A DNA stretch of 64,000 bases, from NCBI GenBank assembly GCA_039024555.1, contig JBCCQQ010000012.1, positions 41,347-105,346 on the forward strand. Direction: 5' to 3'. The first letter of the stretch is position 1. Every line of letters begins with the position of its first letter. Below the pieces are notes generated by a model. The model had not been told where the DNA came from, searched no databases, and was given only the letters and a program-made list of their open reading frames with translations. The position numbers were made by a program, and so were the translations under genes. Shown here in pieces: positions 40,232 to 49,681 of the stretch. The stretch comes from Cyanobacteria bacterium P01_D01_bin.156. Lineage in GTDB: Bacteria; Cyanobacteriota; Cyanobacteriia; Phormidesmidales; Phormidesmidaceae.

Positions 40232-41587
40232 CTACCTCCACTCATCGAGGGAAGAAAACATCGCACACAAACGGCGCGCAAACACACTATTCACGGTTCG
40301 ATTTTTGGGAATCTGTGCTTCAGAAGCAGCCTCCGCCATCACCGATTCAGTGTCTTCGGTCAAACTTTGATCAAGCCTACTAGAAATACCGTCTAATTGC
40401 TCTGGGGTAATATGCTGCAAGGCATCGGCCTGTACCTCTGTCTTGAGCCGGTTAAGCCAGTAGACACAAACATCAGCCCGAAATCGTTTTAGCTGTAGCA
40501 GCCGAGTCACCTGCACTTGGGAAGAGAGTCCTGTTTGGGCAGCAATCTCTTTCATAGCCAGCCCTTGACAATGGAACAGCTTAAGGGCCTGTAGAAAGAT
40601 TTCATCTTTAGGTGGCTTCCGTCGGCGATATTGCTCAGCATAATTTTGGACCACATGCTTAATTGCCTCATCCAAACTCGCCAGAAAATTAACCCGATAG
40701 CGCTCCATAAAGGCATGTTGGGTTTGGGTCGATTCATCATCTAGTTCATCAATAACCATAACCTCAGCCGTGTCTGGCTGATCGAGGGATTGGGCAATTA
40801 GGGGGGTCCCTCGACGCACTGCGATGCGATACTGCCTCAGCTGATAGGCAAGATCTTGCAACTGATTCAACACTTCACTCGGAGACTGGCCTGGCGCAAT
40901 TTGCTTGAGTTGCTCAACGGTGGGTTCTGCACAGCGTCCACGATATCCACGTTGGCGCTGCATCAAGCGGGCTCTGCGATAGACCCGATGGTAGGCATCC
41001 AGCAGCCACGTTGCGGTTTGGAGCTCACCCTGGCTCAGATGATTGAGAAAACGGGGCAGTTGTGCCACTTGCGTATCATTGAGAATGGCCCAGTCGCTAA
41101 TGCGATAAAACCCCAGATTTATACAAAATCGGGTCACCTCTGGATGATCCCTTGTGCGCCTGGCGACCCAGGTACCCAGGGCAGCCTTGGTAGGATCATA
41201 GCTATCTAAGATAGTGACGGCTACTGATGGATAGGTGGGTTCGAGTTGCCCATCATCATCAAGCACCAATGGCCACAATTCTAAAGCTGAAAATCCATAG
41301 GTTTCACCGAACTGAGCAGCGAGTTGACGGCAAACATACCCGATTTGATGGGAAATCCAACAGCGTAGACACAGCTTTGCCAGCAAGGCAGCCTCTACGT
41401 CTGGCGCGTCTGGTTGACCCATTTCCCAAAGCCGTTGTTGAACTTGGCTATCGGTCACGCTCGGATCAGCCAATATCACAGAGCAGTGATTTTGCACCAG
41501 TTTCCGCGCTGCGGGGATTTCCCTGGCCTCGCAGTTTCCTGAACTAGTGAGCTTTAGTATTTGCCAATAACGGGAGGCTCGCACCAT
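40232..41587 (-). CDS. Sigma-70-like (HetZ-like) transcription factor
   Basis: Region-2-like ILDSYDPTKAALGTW; region-4-like HTH LFHCQGLAMKEIAAQTGLSSQVQVTRLL; directly upstream of DUF1822. Confidence 0.65.
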   Translation of the reverse strand: MVRASRYWQILKLTSSGNCEAREIPAARKLVQNHCSVILADPSVTDSQVQQRLWEMGQPDAPDVEAALLAKLCLRCWISHQIGYVCRQLAAQFGETYGFSALELWPLVLDDDGQLEPTYPSVAVTILDSYDPTKAALGTWVARRTRDHPEVTRFCINLGFYRISDWAILNDTQVAQLPRFLNHLSQGELQTATWLLDAYHRVYRRARLMQRQRGYRGRCAEPTVEQLKQIAPGQSPSEVLNQLQDLAYQLRQYRIAVRRGTPLIAQSLDQPDTAEVMVIDELDDESTQTQHAFMERYRVNFLASLDEAIKHVVQNYAEQYRRRKPPKDEIFLQALKLFHCQGLAMKEIAAQTGLSSQVQVTRLLQLKRFRADVCVYWLNRLKTEVQADALQHITPEQLDGISSRLDQSLTEDTESVMAEAASEAQIPKNRTVNSVFARRLCAMFSSLDEWR

Positions 41588-41748
41588 GGTTAAGACTGGT
41601 AAATTATGTGACCCGTTCTAACTTGTGGCAAGTTTAAACCGCTTTTAGCTACAGATAAATAAATTTTGTTTGAATCTATCTACCTTGACCACATCCAGAT
41701 CCCCGGTTTCTGCCTAACGGAAAACGCCTGTTTCAAATCGGATGTGAT

Positions 41749-41862
41749 TTAAGTTGAGTCGATGACGGGAGGAGACTCACCGCCCTTCGCCACCTCAGCC
41801 GCGAGCAGATGGTAAAGGGTCAGGCTAAGAACGAGGAATAGGGCATTGATTAGCTTAGTCAT
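41749..41862 (-). CDS. Short signal-peptide-bearing ORF (37 aa), possibly a truncated peptide gene
   Basis: AAGGA upstream; MTKLINALFLVLSLTLYHLLAAEVAKGGESPPVIDST*. Confidence 0.45.
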   Translation of the reverse strand: MTKLINALFLVLSLTLYHLLAAEVAKGGESPPVIDST

Positions 41863-41927
41863 AGTTAGCAATTCCTTAACGTGCTGTTAAAGGCTATTGC
41901 TGGGGATCAGAGACTTATTCACTAGCT

Positions 41928-42215
41928 GGCGAACAATATCTCATCGAAAACTATACTCTTTCGACAGTCCTATCTACCGAGTTAACCGATACTGAGGATT
42001 GCTTACTGAGCGTAGAGCAGTCACCAGTTTTGGGGCTAGGGACGTCCACAGCAGTTCCTGGCTTTAGCCCATTACCCAATGTTCCAATAGAGCTAGATGT
42101 CATCGTTCGTTCAGAAAGCAGCGATCCACAAGGAATTTATCCAGGCCAAGTGTATTTAGATAACGCGTTTAACCGCAATACTCTCTGGCAAAATCTGAGT
42201 GGCAACCGGCAATAA
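41928..42215 (+). pseudogene. Internal fragment of a CHAT-domain gene
   Basis: GEQYLIENYTLSTVLS...LGLGTS...PGFSPLPNVPIELDVIVR...GIYPGQVYLDNAF; no N-terminus and no catalytic motifs. Confidence 0.75.
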
Positions 42216-42357
42216 CGGTGTGTCTGCGACAGAATATATATTTTTCATTGGTTAATTTTTTTATTGAATAAGCACTTCCCCTTCAGAAATAGGAACATAT
42301 TAGACAGATAGTCTCAACTGAAGATACTGCTCCTGTATTCGCTTAAAAAGCTTGACC

Positions 42358-44640
42358 ATGCCCCAGATTAAACGTCGTCACTTTCTACAATTAGCAGGGT
42401 CTACCCTGGCTTCTATTGGACTGAGTCAGTTGGATTTGATCCACCAAGGAGATCGCTATGGCCGGGTACTTGCCCAGAGGACACCTCGTAAGCTAGCACT
42501 ATTGGTAGGCATTAATAACTATTCAGATGATATTGGAAAATTGCGGGGTTGCCTGACTGATGTTGAGCTGCAATACGAGTTATTGGTACATCGCTTTGGC
42601 TTTCAACCAGCTGACATCATGATTATTAGTGATCCGATTGAGGGGTTACTAGCCGATCGGGTCACGGCTTCACCGACTAGAGACAATATTCTGAGGGCGT
42701 TTGAAGAACATTTGATTAATCAGACGAGAGAAGGGGATGTAGTAGTATTTCATTACTCTGGGCATGGTTCTTTGGTCAAGGATGATAATGTCATTGCTGG
42801 GTTTAATAATCGTAATGGGACCATGGTGCCCATTGATGGCCGCTCTAACTTGTTATCCGGAAGTGGGCAGGTCAATGACATTATGGGCAAAACCTTATTT
42901 CTGCTCACCTATGCCCTCAAAACAGAAAATGTCAGCGTTGTTTTAGATAGTTGTCATTCCGGGGGAGGCACCCGTGGAAATTTAGTCTTTCGCTCGATTT
43001 CTGGACGATCCTTAGATAGGGATGCTGACCCCAGCGAAGCTGAGTTAGCCTATCAAGACGTCTGGCGCGAACGCACTCAGCTCTCACCACAGCAACTTCA
43101 GGATTTACGAAAAGAAGGGATTGCAAAAGGGATGGCATTAGGATCAGCCCGCATCAGCCAACTGGCTGCTGATGCACCCTTTGGTGATTTTCATGCAGGA
43201 GCCTTCACTTATTTGCTGACTCGTTATCTCTGGCAACAAGTGGGTAATCAATCACTCGACACGATCTTTATAAACCTATCGCGCAGTACCCACGATGTTG
43301 CCAAAATCGCTGGCATTGAGCAGGACCCCATTCACGAGGTCAAACCCAATAGCAACTATGGTCAGCACCCCCCTTACTTTCTTGAACCCCAACAACCTGC
43401 TGCTGAAGCCGTTGTCCGGGAGTTCAATGGTGATCGGCTTACCTTTTGGTTAGGTGGCGTATCTTCCCAAAGTCTTGAAGCTTTCACCGAAGGCGCTGTC
43501 TTTAACTTGATTGATGCCCAGGGTAATCCTATTGGCGAAGTTACCCAGACGGGCCGTTCTGGATTAGAAGGCTATGGTACCCTCAGTAGCCCAAGTCGTA
43601 GTGATTTAAATAGTGGCATTCTGATGCGCGAACAAATACGCGGCATTCCAACAGAACTGTCTTTACGAGTCGGTCTAGATACTAGTTTGGCAGCTGACAT
43701 GGAAGCAGCAAGATCAGCTCTGGTCTTGGTTAGCCGGGTCACCCCAATTACCCTCGATCAAACTCAACCCGTAGATTATCTGTTGGGCAGACTGACAGAA
43801 ACCTCTAAAACACAGGCCACAGAACAAGGAATTTCGGTTTCTGCCCCTGTTGGTAGTATTGGCCTATTTACGCCAGGGTTAACCCCGGTGCCCGATTCTT
43901 TTGACCGCTCAGATGAATCAGTTGAGGGAGCTGTTAGACGCTTACAACCCCGAATGAAAATGCTACTGGCCGGGCGTATTCTCAAGGCAGTGGTGAATAG
44001 TGAGACATCTGATGTCAATGTTGATGTAAAAGTCACCCCTGTAGAGACGGGTGGGCTATTGCTTAGTCGTGGTAGTCGAGCTACCCAAGAAGCTGGCATT
44101 ATCGCTCAAACCATTGATGTCGGAATACAACAAATCAAGTTAGGCACCAAGATTCAAATTGAGGTCACCAATCATGAGTTCAACGATCTCCATATTGGCA
44201 TTTTAGTTATTGCCAGTAATGGTGATCTGGTAGTTTTACACCCTGTCGACTGGGATGCTGCTGAGATTGATACGTTGGTTCAATCTTCTCAAACGGTGAC
44301 AGTTCCTAAACCAGGTGGTGACTTTGAGTTTGTCGTGGGTGGCCCCGCTGGCTACTTTGAGTTATTGGTTTTAGTGAGTACCGATCAGCTTAGAGATGCT
44401 CTCAGAGGTTTAAAGGAAGTTGCCCGTGGACGGGGAATACGGGCAGGTAATCCACTTGTTTTTGGCGAAGGTCAGACCCGTGGTTCAAACGAAAGAGAGG
44501 ATGCTCCGGTGCAAGTACTGGATAATTTGCTGGGTGATTTGAACCGCAGTGCCCAAAGTACAGTTTACACACGCGGTCGACGAAGCTCTGATACTAGAGG
44601 GCTAGCAGCCTTTTCCGCTATCTTTGAAGTAGCTGAGTAA
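42358..44640 (+). CDS. Caspase-family (peptidase C14, metacaspase/orthocaspase) protein with Tat signal and DUF4384-like C-terminus
   Basis: KRRHFLQ twin-arginine motif; KLALLVGINNY, LRGCLTDV, FHYSGHGS, LDSCHSGG. Confidence 0.93.
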   Translation: MPQIKRRHFLQLAGSTLASIGLSQLDLIHQGDRYGRVLAQRTPRKLALLVGINNYSDDIGKLRGCLTDVELQYELLVHRFGFQPADIMIISDPIEGLLADRVTASPTRDNILRAFEEHLINQTREGDVVVFHYSGHGSLVKDDNVIAGFNNRNGTMVPIDGRSNLLSGSGQVNDIMGKTLFLLTYALKTENVSVVLDSCHSGGGTRGNLVFRSISGRSLDRDADPSEAELAYQDVWRERTQLSPQQLQDLRKEGIAKGMALGSARISQLAADAPFGDFHAGAFTYLLTRYLWQQVGNQSLDTIFINLSRSTHDVAKIAGIEQDPIHEVKPNSNYGQHPPYFLEPQQPAAEAVVREFNGDRLTFWLGGVSSQSLEAFTEGAVFNLIDAQGNPIGEVTQTGRSGLEGYGTLSSPSRSDLNSGILMREQIRGIPTELSLRVGLDTSLAADMEAARSALVLVSRVTPITLDQTQPVDYLLGRLTETSKTQATEQGISVSAPVGSIGLFTPGLTPVPDSFDRSDESVEGAVRRLQPRMKMLLAGRILKAVVNSETSDVNVDVKVTPVETGGLLLSRGSRATQEAGIIAQTIDVGIQQIKLGTKIQIEVTNHEFNDLHIGILVIASNGDLVVLHPVDWDAAEIDTLVQSSQTVTVPKPGGDFEFVVGGPAGYFELLVLVSTDQLRDALRGLKEVARGRGIRAGNPLVFGEGQTRGSNEREDAPVQVLDNLLGDLNRSAQSTVYTRGRRSSDTRGLAAFSAIFEVAE

Positions 44641-45014
44641 AGTTTTATGCTATTCTCTGCCATGTACTTTGCGCACTGTTAGATTTTCCTGGCCGACTTG
44701 GTTGTAGTAATCACAGGCTGGATTCACACCTGCTAGGCTTGTCAGTGAGGGGCTGTCAATTTTTGTCATGGGAACAACTTTTGGTTATCTACTCCCTGGT
44801 TGCCCACTTTTTTCACCTTTGGGTACAAAGGGCTGGGATAACCTCATCTGACTGCCCAATTGTTAGGGCAGTTTCTAGCGTCTTGAAGATTTCAAATTAG
44901 ATACCTCTGATAGAGCCGCACCTTTATGCGACAACACACGATCTTGCAAGGTTCCCTCAGATTTAAGCCGTTGATAAACGCTATCTAACCCAATGTAAGT
45001 CGTTCTTGTAGAGT

Positions 45015-45160
45015 TCATGCACCAAAATATCCGGTGTAAAACTGGCCAACTGATCGAAAACCGAGGGACTTGTAAAGGGCAATTCCAGCAAAATTATGAT
45101 TATCGGCCATTAGCCCCCAGCATAAGCTACACCCACCCTGGATAGACTTTGAGGTTGGCC
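45015..45160 (-). pseudogene. C-terminal remnant of a GNAT acetyltransferase
   Basis: Manual translation ...LMADNHNFAGIALYKSLGFRSVGQFYTGYFGA* matches GNAT motif B (N..A..LY..LGF). Confidence 0.45.
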
Positions 45161-45401
45161 TGCAGGGCACACCTATCTGATCAGCACGAGTAAGAGGTAA
45201 AAGATTAAATATATTAAGTAATCTTTCTAATATCAGCTATTTATCAGCACAGATAGACTGATGCCCATAGAATTGAGTTATCAGGATTGATGAGGTCTCT
45301 ATGAGCCCGTTGCGGGGCTTCAGAAGACTTCATGCTTAGGCTCTACCCCTTTTCAATAAAGGCATAATCCCTTCACGGCAGCATTGTCAGGAGTGCGCAT
45401 C

Positions 45402-45671
45402 ATGCTCCTTTTTGTCAGCAAGCGGCAAGCGACGGAATGCTTGAACCTGAGTGGTTCAACGCTGAAAAAGTATCGACTCAATGGGGAGTGGATTGAAGGT
45501 CTGCATTGGGTCCGCATTAACAGTCGCTGTATTCGATACAATCTGGAACTGATTGAGGATTGGTTGCATAACCGGGGTAACTCGGCAGCGCATATGCGTG
45601 CGATCGCAACCTACCAGCAACGGCTCTTGAGTAATCAAAAGAAATCCAAGGCATCGAGGCATCATGGCTAA
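45402..45671 (+). CDS. Excisionase/AlpA-like HTH DNA-binding protein of a mobile element
   Basis: FVSKRQATECLNLSGSTLKKYR...WIEGLHWVRINSRCIRYNLELIEDW. Confidence 0.7.
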   Translation: MLLFVSKRQATECLNLSGSTLKKYRLNGEWIEGLHWVRINSRCIRYNLELIEDWLHNRGNSAAHMRAIATYQQRLLSNQKKSKASRHHG

Positions 45672-45912
45672 GTAACCAGACACCCGCCAAAATCGAAAGC
45701 GGATTATGTTTTCGTACAATACGGACCTTGATTCTCCGGTTGGTATTGTGTTTCAGTACCTGACCCAAAATCCTCACCTGCCGCGCCTGATGGGCAAGCG
45801 GAAGGGGGTGGATGCCATCTTTGCGTTTTGGCGACCGTTTGCGTTTCAGGCGATGGGGCAGGCCAGCGATGCTGCGCTAAAGCTGATGGCTCGGGAGTCT
45901 TTGAAGGCGATA
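45664..45912 (+). pseudogene. Truncated hypothetical gene of the mobile-element remnant
   Basis: ATG 45664 overlaps the xis-like stop; TAA at codon 4, then the same frame continues (RKRIMFSYNTDLDSPVG...FWRPFAF); cut off near 45912 by the IS fragment. Confidence 0.45.
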
Positions 45913-46034
45913 GCGACCGGTCTCAACACAACGTGCGGTGCTTTTGATATGTTGGCTTTGGCTGATGCCATCTGCTGTGTCAGCCCTTTTCGTTTCGATT
46001 CTATGTACAGCTCTACTTGTTTGATATCAATTGC
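45913..46034 (-). mobile_element. N-terminal remnant of an IS21-family (IstA) transposase
   Basis: AIDIKQVELYIESKRKGLTQQMASAKANISK/(frameshift)RTARCVETGR resembles the IstA N-terminal HTH (QV.LYM..R..G.TQ..AAAKAGIS.R..RRIE). Confidence 0.6.
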
Positions 46035-47461
46035 TACAGTGGCTTTGATGGAGATTTAGGTACCCTTTTTCTTGAGGACTTTAGGGGCTTTTTAGTTGGT
46101 GAACTGGTTGCTTTAGTTGGTTTCTTGGCTGGATTGGATACTTTTTTTGTTGGAACAGATGCTTGTTTTTTAGGAGAAAGCTGTTTGTCCAATTCACGTC
46201 GTCTATCTGCGTCTTGAGCCACTATTTTTGCTCTGCGGGTGGCTTCTTGTTTTCGGGCATTCTCGAATTCAGAATTTCGTGAGTTGGCAACTATTTTTTG
46301 AGCTTGATTGGAGTTTGCTAGTCGATTCAGGGGAATATAGTCGCTTTTGAAGTTGAGCTCTACTGAAGAGGTTAACTCTACATTAACGTTTTCTTCTTCT
46401 GTGGTGTGCGATCGTTCAGTCGAAACGTAGCCAATCGTATTTTGCAGTTGAGCATCGACCCCCCATGGGCCAACTTTGGCTCCTCCCTTTACAGAAATTT
46501 TATTAGTCATGTCGAATCGGTTACCTTTATCTGCCTGGGCAGCGCTTCGAGCATCAATATGAAATCGCATGGTCGCATTTATTCTGCCGCTCTCAATGAC
46601 AATACGCCGCAGACCCATTTGTACCAGCGTGGCTAGCATTTGCTGCCGGGTTTTGGCTAGGTGACGACGCACAAATGGCAGCAGCGTTTTTTCTGGGTCT
46701 CCGCGCGTGGGTAGTGAACTCTTGTCATCTAAGCCTAATGATGCTTGAAGGGCCTCTTGTGAGGGCATTTTTGCTCCAGAAAGTAAGCGAATTGTAGTGT
46801 TACGACCGGTTGTGTTTTGAGGGGTGTGATCGCCCCAAAAATCATCATTGTCTCGATCTCTGTCCGTCAACTCAAACGAGTCAGGGAAACGTTCAACTAA
46901 CCAAGTTCGAGCCTGACTAGGTGCCATGTTGGTATCGGCAAATCCTTCTGTCGACGCTGCCACATTGTTCAAGAGTTCAATATACATATGCATTTGCTGC
47001 ATATCCGAATCGACTATTGCTTTGAAAACACCATTGATTAGTTCTGCAACAAAGCGAGGAAAAGAAACTGCATTGATAACTCGCCGTGTATTACCGGCGA
47101 GTCGATCGATCGCTTTGCCCCCATGATCATCTGCAGCAGACTGAGCGGTGGCTAGAGGCGGAGATAACTCTATCTCATTTTCTCCAGTAGGAAGGTCTTC
47201 CAGATTCAATGTTTCAGAAGTCTCTTCTAATGCCCTGACAGTATTCTCACTGATCATCTCTTCTAATATCAAGCCCACTGCAGTTTGACAAACATCTACC
47301 ATTTTATGGGCTAAGTTTCGCTGACTTTTTGGATCTAATTCTTGATAGGCTGGTGATTCCAACAGCAAGGCTTTAACACTCTGGCGAACAACTGGAAGAG
47401 GTGTCTTTGTTGTATCATTAGAATGAATTTGATCAGGAGAGACTGTGTTAGGATAGGCCAT
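46034..47461 (-). CDS. Hypothetical protein, operon family-X paralogue D
   Basis: VSFPRFVAELINGVFKAIVDSDMQQM, RQQMLATLVQMGLRRIVIESGRINA, VELNFKSDYIPL; Lys/Pro-rich tail. Confidence 0.9.
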   Translation of the reverse strand: MAYPNTVSPDQIHSNDTTKTPLPVVRQSVKALLLESPAYQELDPKSQRNLAHKMVDVCQTAVGLILEEMISENTVRALEETSETLNLEDLPTGENEIELSPPLATAQSAADDHGGKAIDRLAGNTRRVINAVSFPRFVAELINGVFKAIVDSDMQQMHMYIELLNNVAASTEGFADTNMAPSQARTWLVERFPDSFELTDRDRDNDDFWGDHTPQNTTGRNTTIRLLSGAKMPSQEALQASLGLDDKSSLPTRGDPEKTLLPFVRRHLAKTRQQMLATLVQMGLRRIVIESGRINATMRFHIDARSAAQADKGNRFDMTNKISVKGGAKVGPWGVDAQLQNTIGYVSTERSHTTEEENVNVELTSSVELNFKSDYIPLNRLANSNQAQKIVANSRNSEFENARKQEATRRAKIVAQDADRRRELDKQLSPKKQASVPTKKVSNPAKKPTKATSSPTKKPLKSSRKRVPKSPSKPL

Positions 47462-48420
47462 TAGCGCCCTCCTATAGTGAAAGGCTCATGATTGGTAGGT
47501 GTAGCTGGTATGGATGGCTGAGTAATTTGCAGCCAAGCGATCGCACTAGCGACAACAGCATGATCTACAGGCACCCATTGTGCCAAACTATCCTCTAAAT
47601 GAGGAGAAACCTTTGCTAGCCAAGCCAATAGCTTCATGCCATGACGTCCCCGCTCTACATGCAAATCGATATTGATCACAGTTCCAGACGATTGATCAGT
47701 CGCGATCAATTGCATTGCCCGACGTAAAGCGGTCCAGATAGAGCGGCTACCCAGCGCTCGCTGTAGGTCTGGCTGCTTTAAAATGTACAATACTTGCTGA
47801 ATAGAGCGAAGCAGGGCTTGCGCGGCGAAGGGACCTATGCTGCCTGAGCGACTGATGACGTTGTAAGAAAGCTGCTGGGCCGCAATGCGAATTGGAATGT
47901 CACGACTGGATTGATTGATTGATTTCTGGTCAGATACTGATGTTTGAAGGGCGGTTGCTAGTTGAATGAATAAGGGTTCAAAGTTGAGATTGCGCCCGTT
48001 GGGGGCTGCAAAGGTAGGACCGGCTGAGGTGCCAAACAGTCTAGAAAAAAGTGCTTGACGTTCTATCTGAGTGAATCTCTGGTGGCGTTTTTCCCAAAAC
48101 TTTATGAGTGGAGAGGCGGCTGTTCCCAGATCGGCTCTGATGCCACCACTGATTGCTAGTCCAGCGAATGTTTCTACTGAGGTGAGGAGTTGGATGGCTT
48201 CGAGTTCGGAAGCCAAGTATAGGATTGCGATCGCTTTCAAATGAGCCTGATCTGCCTGAGAGCCCAGGATAGGCGGTAGTTCAATTGTGCCCAGAGAAGG
48301 ATCGCCAAAGGCAAGAGTCGAAAGCTGGGCAGACAGGTGATGAATATCACTCACCAGTTGTTGGCTGGCAGCTAATCCCTGATCCAACTGCTCTAAGCGT
48401 TGTGCCTCCAAAAGATCCAT
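47461..48420 (-). CDS. Hypothetical protein, family-Y paralogue (homologous to the C-terminal half of 52128..54266)
   Basis: LYLASELE..LL..VE...G...F...ERQALFSRLFG aligns with IYFAAILE..LF..VD...G...F...DRRNLYARTLG; ATG 48420 just after upstream stop; TAATG overlap with the next gene. Confidence 0.85.
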   Translation of the reverse strand: MDLLEAQRLEQLDQGLAASQQLVSDIHHLSAQLSTLAFGDPSLGTIELPPILGSQADQAHLKAIAILYLASELEAIQLLTSVETFAGLAISGGIRADLGTAASPLIKFWEKRHQRFTQIERQALFSRLFGTSAGPTFAAPNGRNLNFEPLFIQLATALQTSVSDQKSINQSSRDIPIRIAAQQLSYNVISRSGSIGPFAAQALLRSIQQVLYILKQPDLQRALGSRSIWTALRRAMQLIATDQSSGTVINIDLHVERGRHGMKLLAWLAKVSPHLEDSLAQWVPVDHAVVASAIAWLQITQPSIPATPTNHEPFTIGGR

Positions 48421-48424
48421 CTGC

Positions 48425-49636
48425 CTACGCCTCGTCGACTTTTTTCTTAGGCGGCTGAGCATTTCCTTGAATGGCCGCGATCATCTGGGGGCTGGCCATT
48501 TTTTCCATCGGCATATAGTCGCTCTTGAAGTTGACGCGAACTTCGCCCGTGAGTTTTGCCTTAACCTCTGCTTTGGATGCAGAAGTTTCATCTAAAGAGG
48601 ATTGAACCGTTGCAAGGTGACTTGTTCTAGATGTAACGCTTGCACTGGCTTGAACAGGCGAAAACCAACCGCCAAAGCTAGCGCCAGCCTTAGCTTCAGT
48701 GCCAGATTTTGACCTGTCGTACAGAGAAGCTTTGGACTGACGTCTAGCGATATCTGAGGCACGCATGCCGAAGACAACTTTAGCGTTAATTTGGCCGTCG
48801 GTAACGACAATTCGATTAATGCCTAGCATAACCATTGAGGCGAGTAGCTGCTGTCGGCTGCGGGCAATTTGTAGCCGAGCGGCCAGCACTAAACGACGTT
48901 CTTGGCTTTCTTCAGAAATATCAGTGATGGGTTCCTTAAGATCTAACTCGCTGGAGATGGTTTTGAGGGCCTCTGACTCATCTTCGGCGGTTACTTGTAA
49001 TTTTGGTTTTGCTGCTGTTTGCGTATCAATATCGCCATCGGCAAAGCCGAAGCTGCCCTGCTCAACCTCGACACCTAGCTTGTCGGGAAAGCGTTCTGCT
49101 AACCAATCACGAGCGTTGTTTTCAGTAATATTGTCTTGTGCAAACTGATCAACTGTTTTAGCAACATTGGCAAGGAGTTCTCCATAGGCTTTCATTTGCT
49201 GAATAGAAGAATTCACAATTGCCTGGAAAACGTTTTCAATCAGGCCAGAGACAAAAGCTGGAAAATCTACTTTATTTACCAGTTCTCCAAACTGCTCTGT
49301 TCCCTGGCGAACAGCACCCGCCTCAAAATCTTCGCCCGCAAATCCAGGATCGCTAGCGGCTCGCTTGCGGGCTGTTTCAGTAGCATCGGCCTGGGTTTGA
49401 GATAAAATGCCTCCCTCAGACGACAGTTCTTGAGCTGCCAACCCGTCTGGATTCACCATATATGATGAGACATCGACCATCGACTGTGCTAGCTGCCGCT
49501 GATCATCTGGAGAGAGCTTGGCAAAACCGGGTGAAGCCTGAAGGATTTTTCGCACTTCAGGGCGAACAAGGCTGAGGGTTCCGTCATTTTTCCAGTTCGG
49601 CTGCTCGTTGGTTTGAGAAGATAGAGAAGTATCCAT
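48425..49636 (-). CDS. Hypothetical protein, family-X paralogue C
   Basis: VDFPAFVSGLIENVFQAIVNSSIQQMKAY, RQQLLASMVMLGINRIVVTDGQINAK, GEVRVNFKSDYMPMEKMA. Confidence 0.9.
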   Translation of the reverse strand: MDTSLSSQTNEQPNWKNDGTLSLVRPEVRKILQASPGFAKLSPDDQRQLAQSMVDVSSYMVNPDGLAAQELSSEGGILSQTQADATETARKRAASDPGFAGEDFEAGAVRQGTEQFGELVNKVDFPAFVSGLIENVFQAIVNSSIQQMKAYGELLANVAKTVDQFAQDNITENNARDWLAERFPDKLGVEVEQGSFGFADGDIDTQTAAKPKLQVTAEDESEALKTISSELDLKEPITDISEESQERRLVLAARLQIARSRQQLLASMVMLGINRIVVTDGQINAKVVFGMRASDIARRQSKASLYDRSKSGTEAKAGASFGGWFSPVQASASVTSRTSHLATVQSSLDETSASKAEVKAKLTGEVRVNFKSDYMPMEKMASPQMIAAIQGNAQPPKKKVDEA

Positions 49637-49681
49637 GGTTTCCGTCTTTGTAGCTCAAGTTAATTGATATATTTTTTGGTA

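Noticed and set aside
44660..44760. Segment resembling a structured RNA or group II intron end (CAGGCTGGATTCACACCTGCTAG)
   Set aside because: Too short; no domain V or reverse-transcriptase remnant found.
45706..46059. 117 aa ORF as an intact gene
   Set aside because: Chimeric: the first part belongs to the truncated mobile-element gene and the rest is antisense to the IS21-like fragment.
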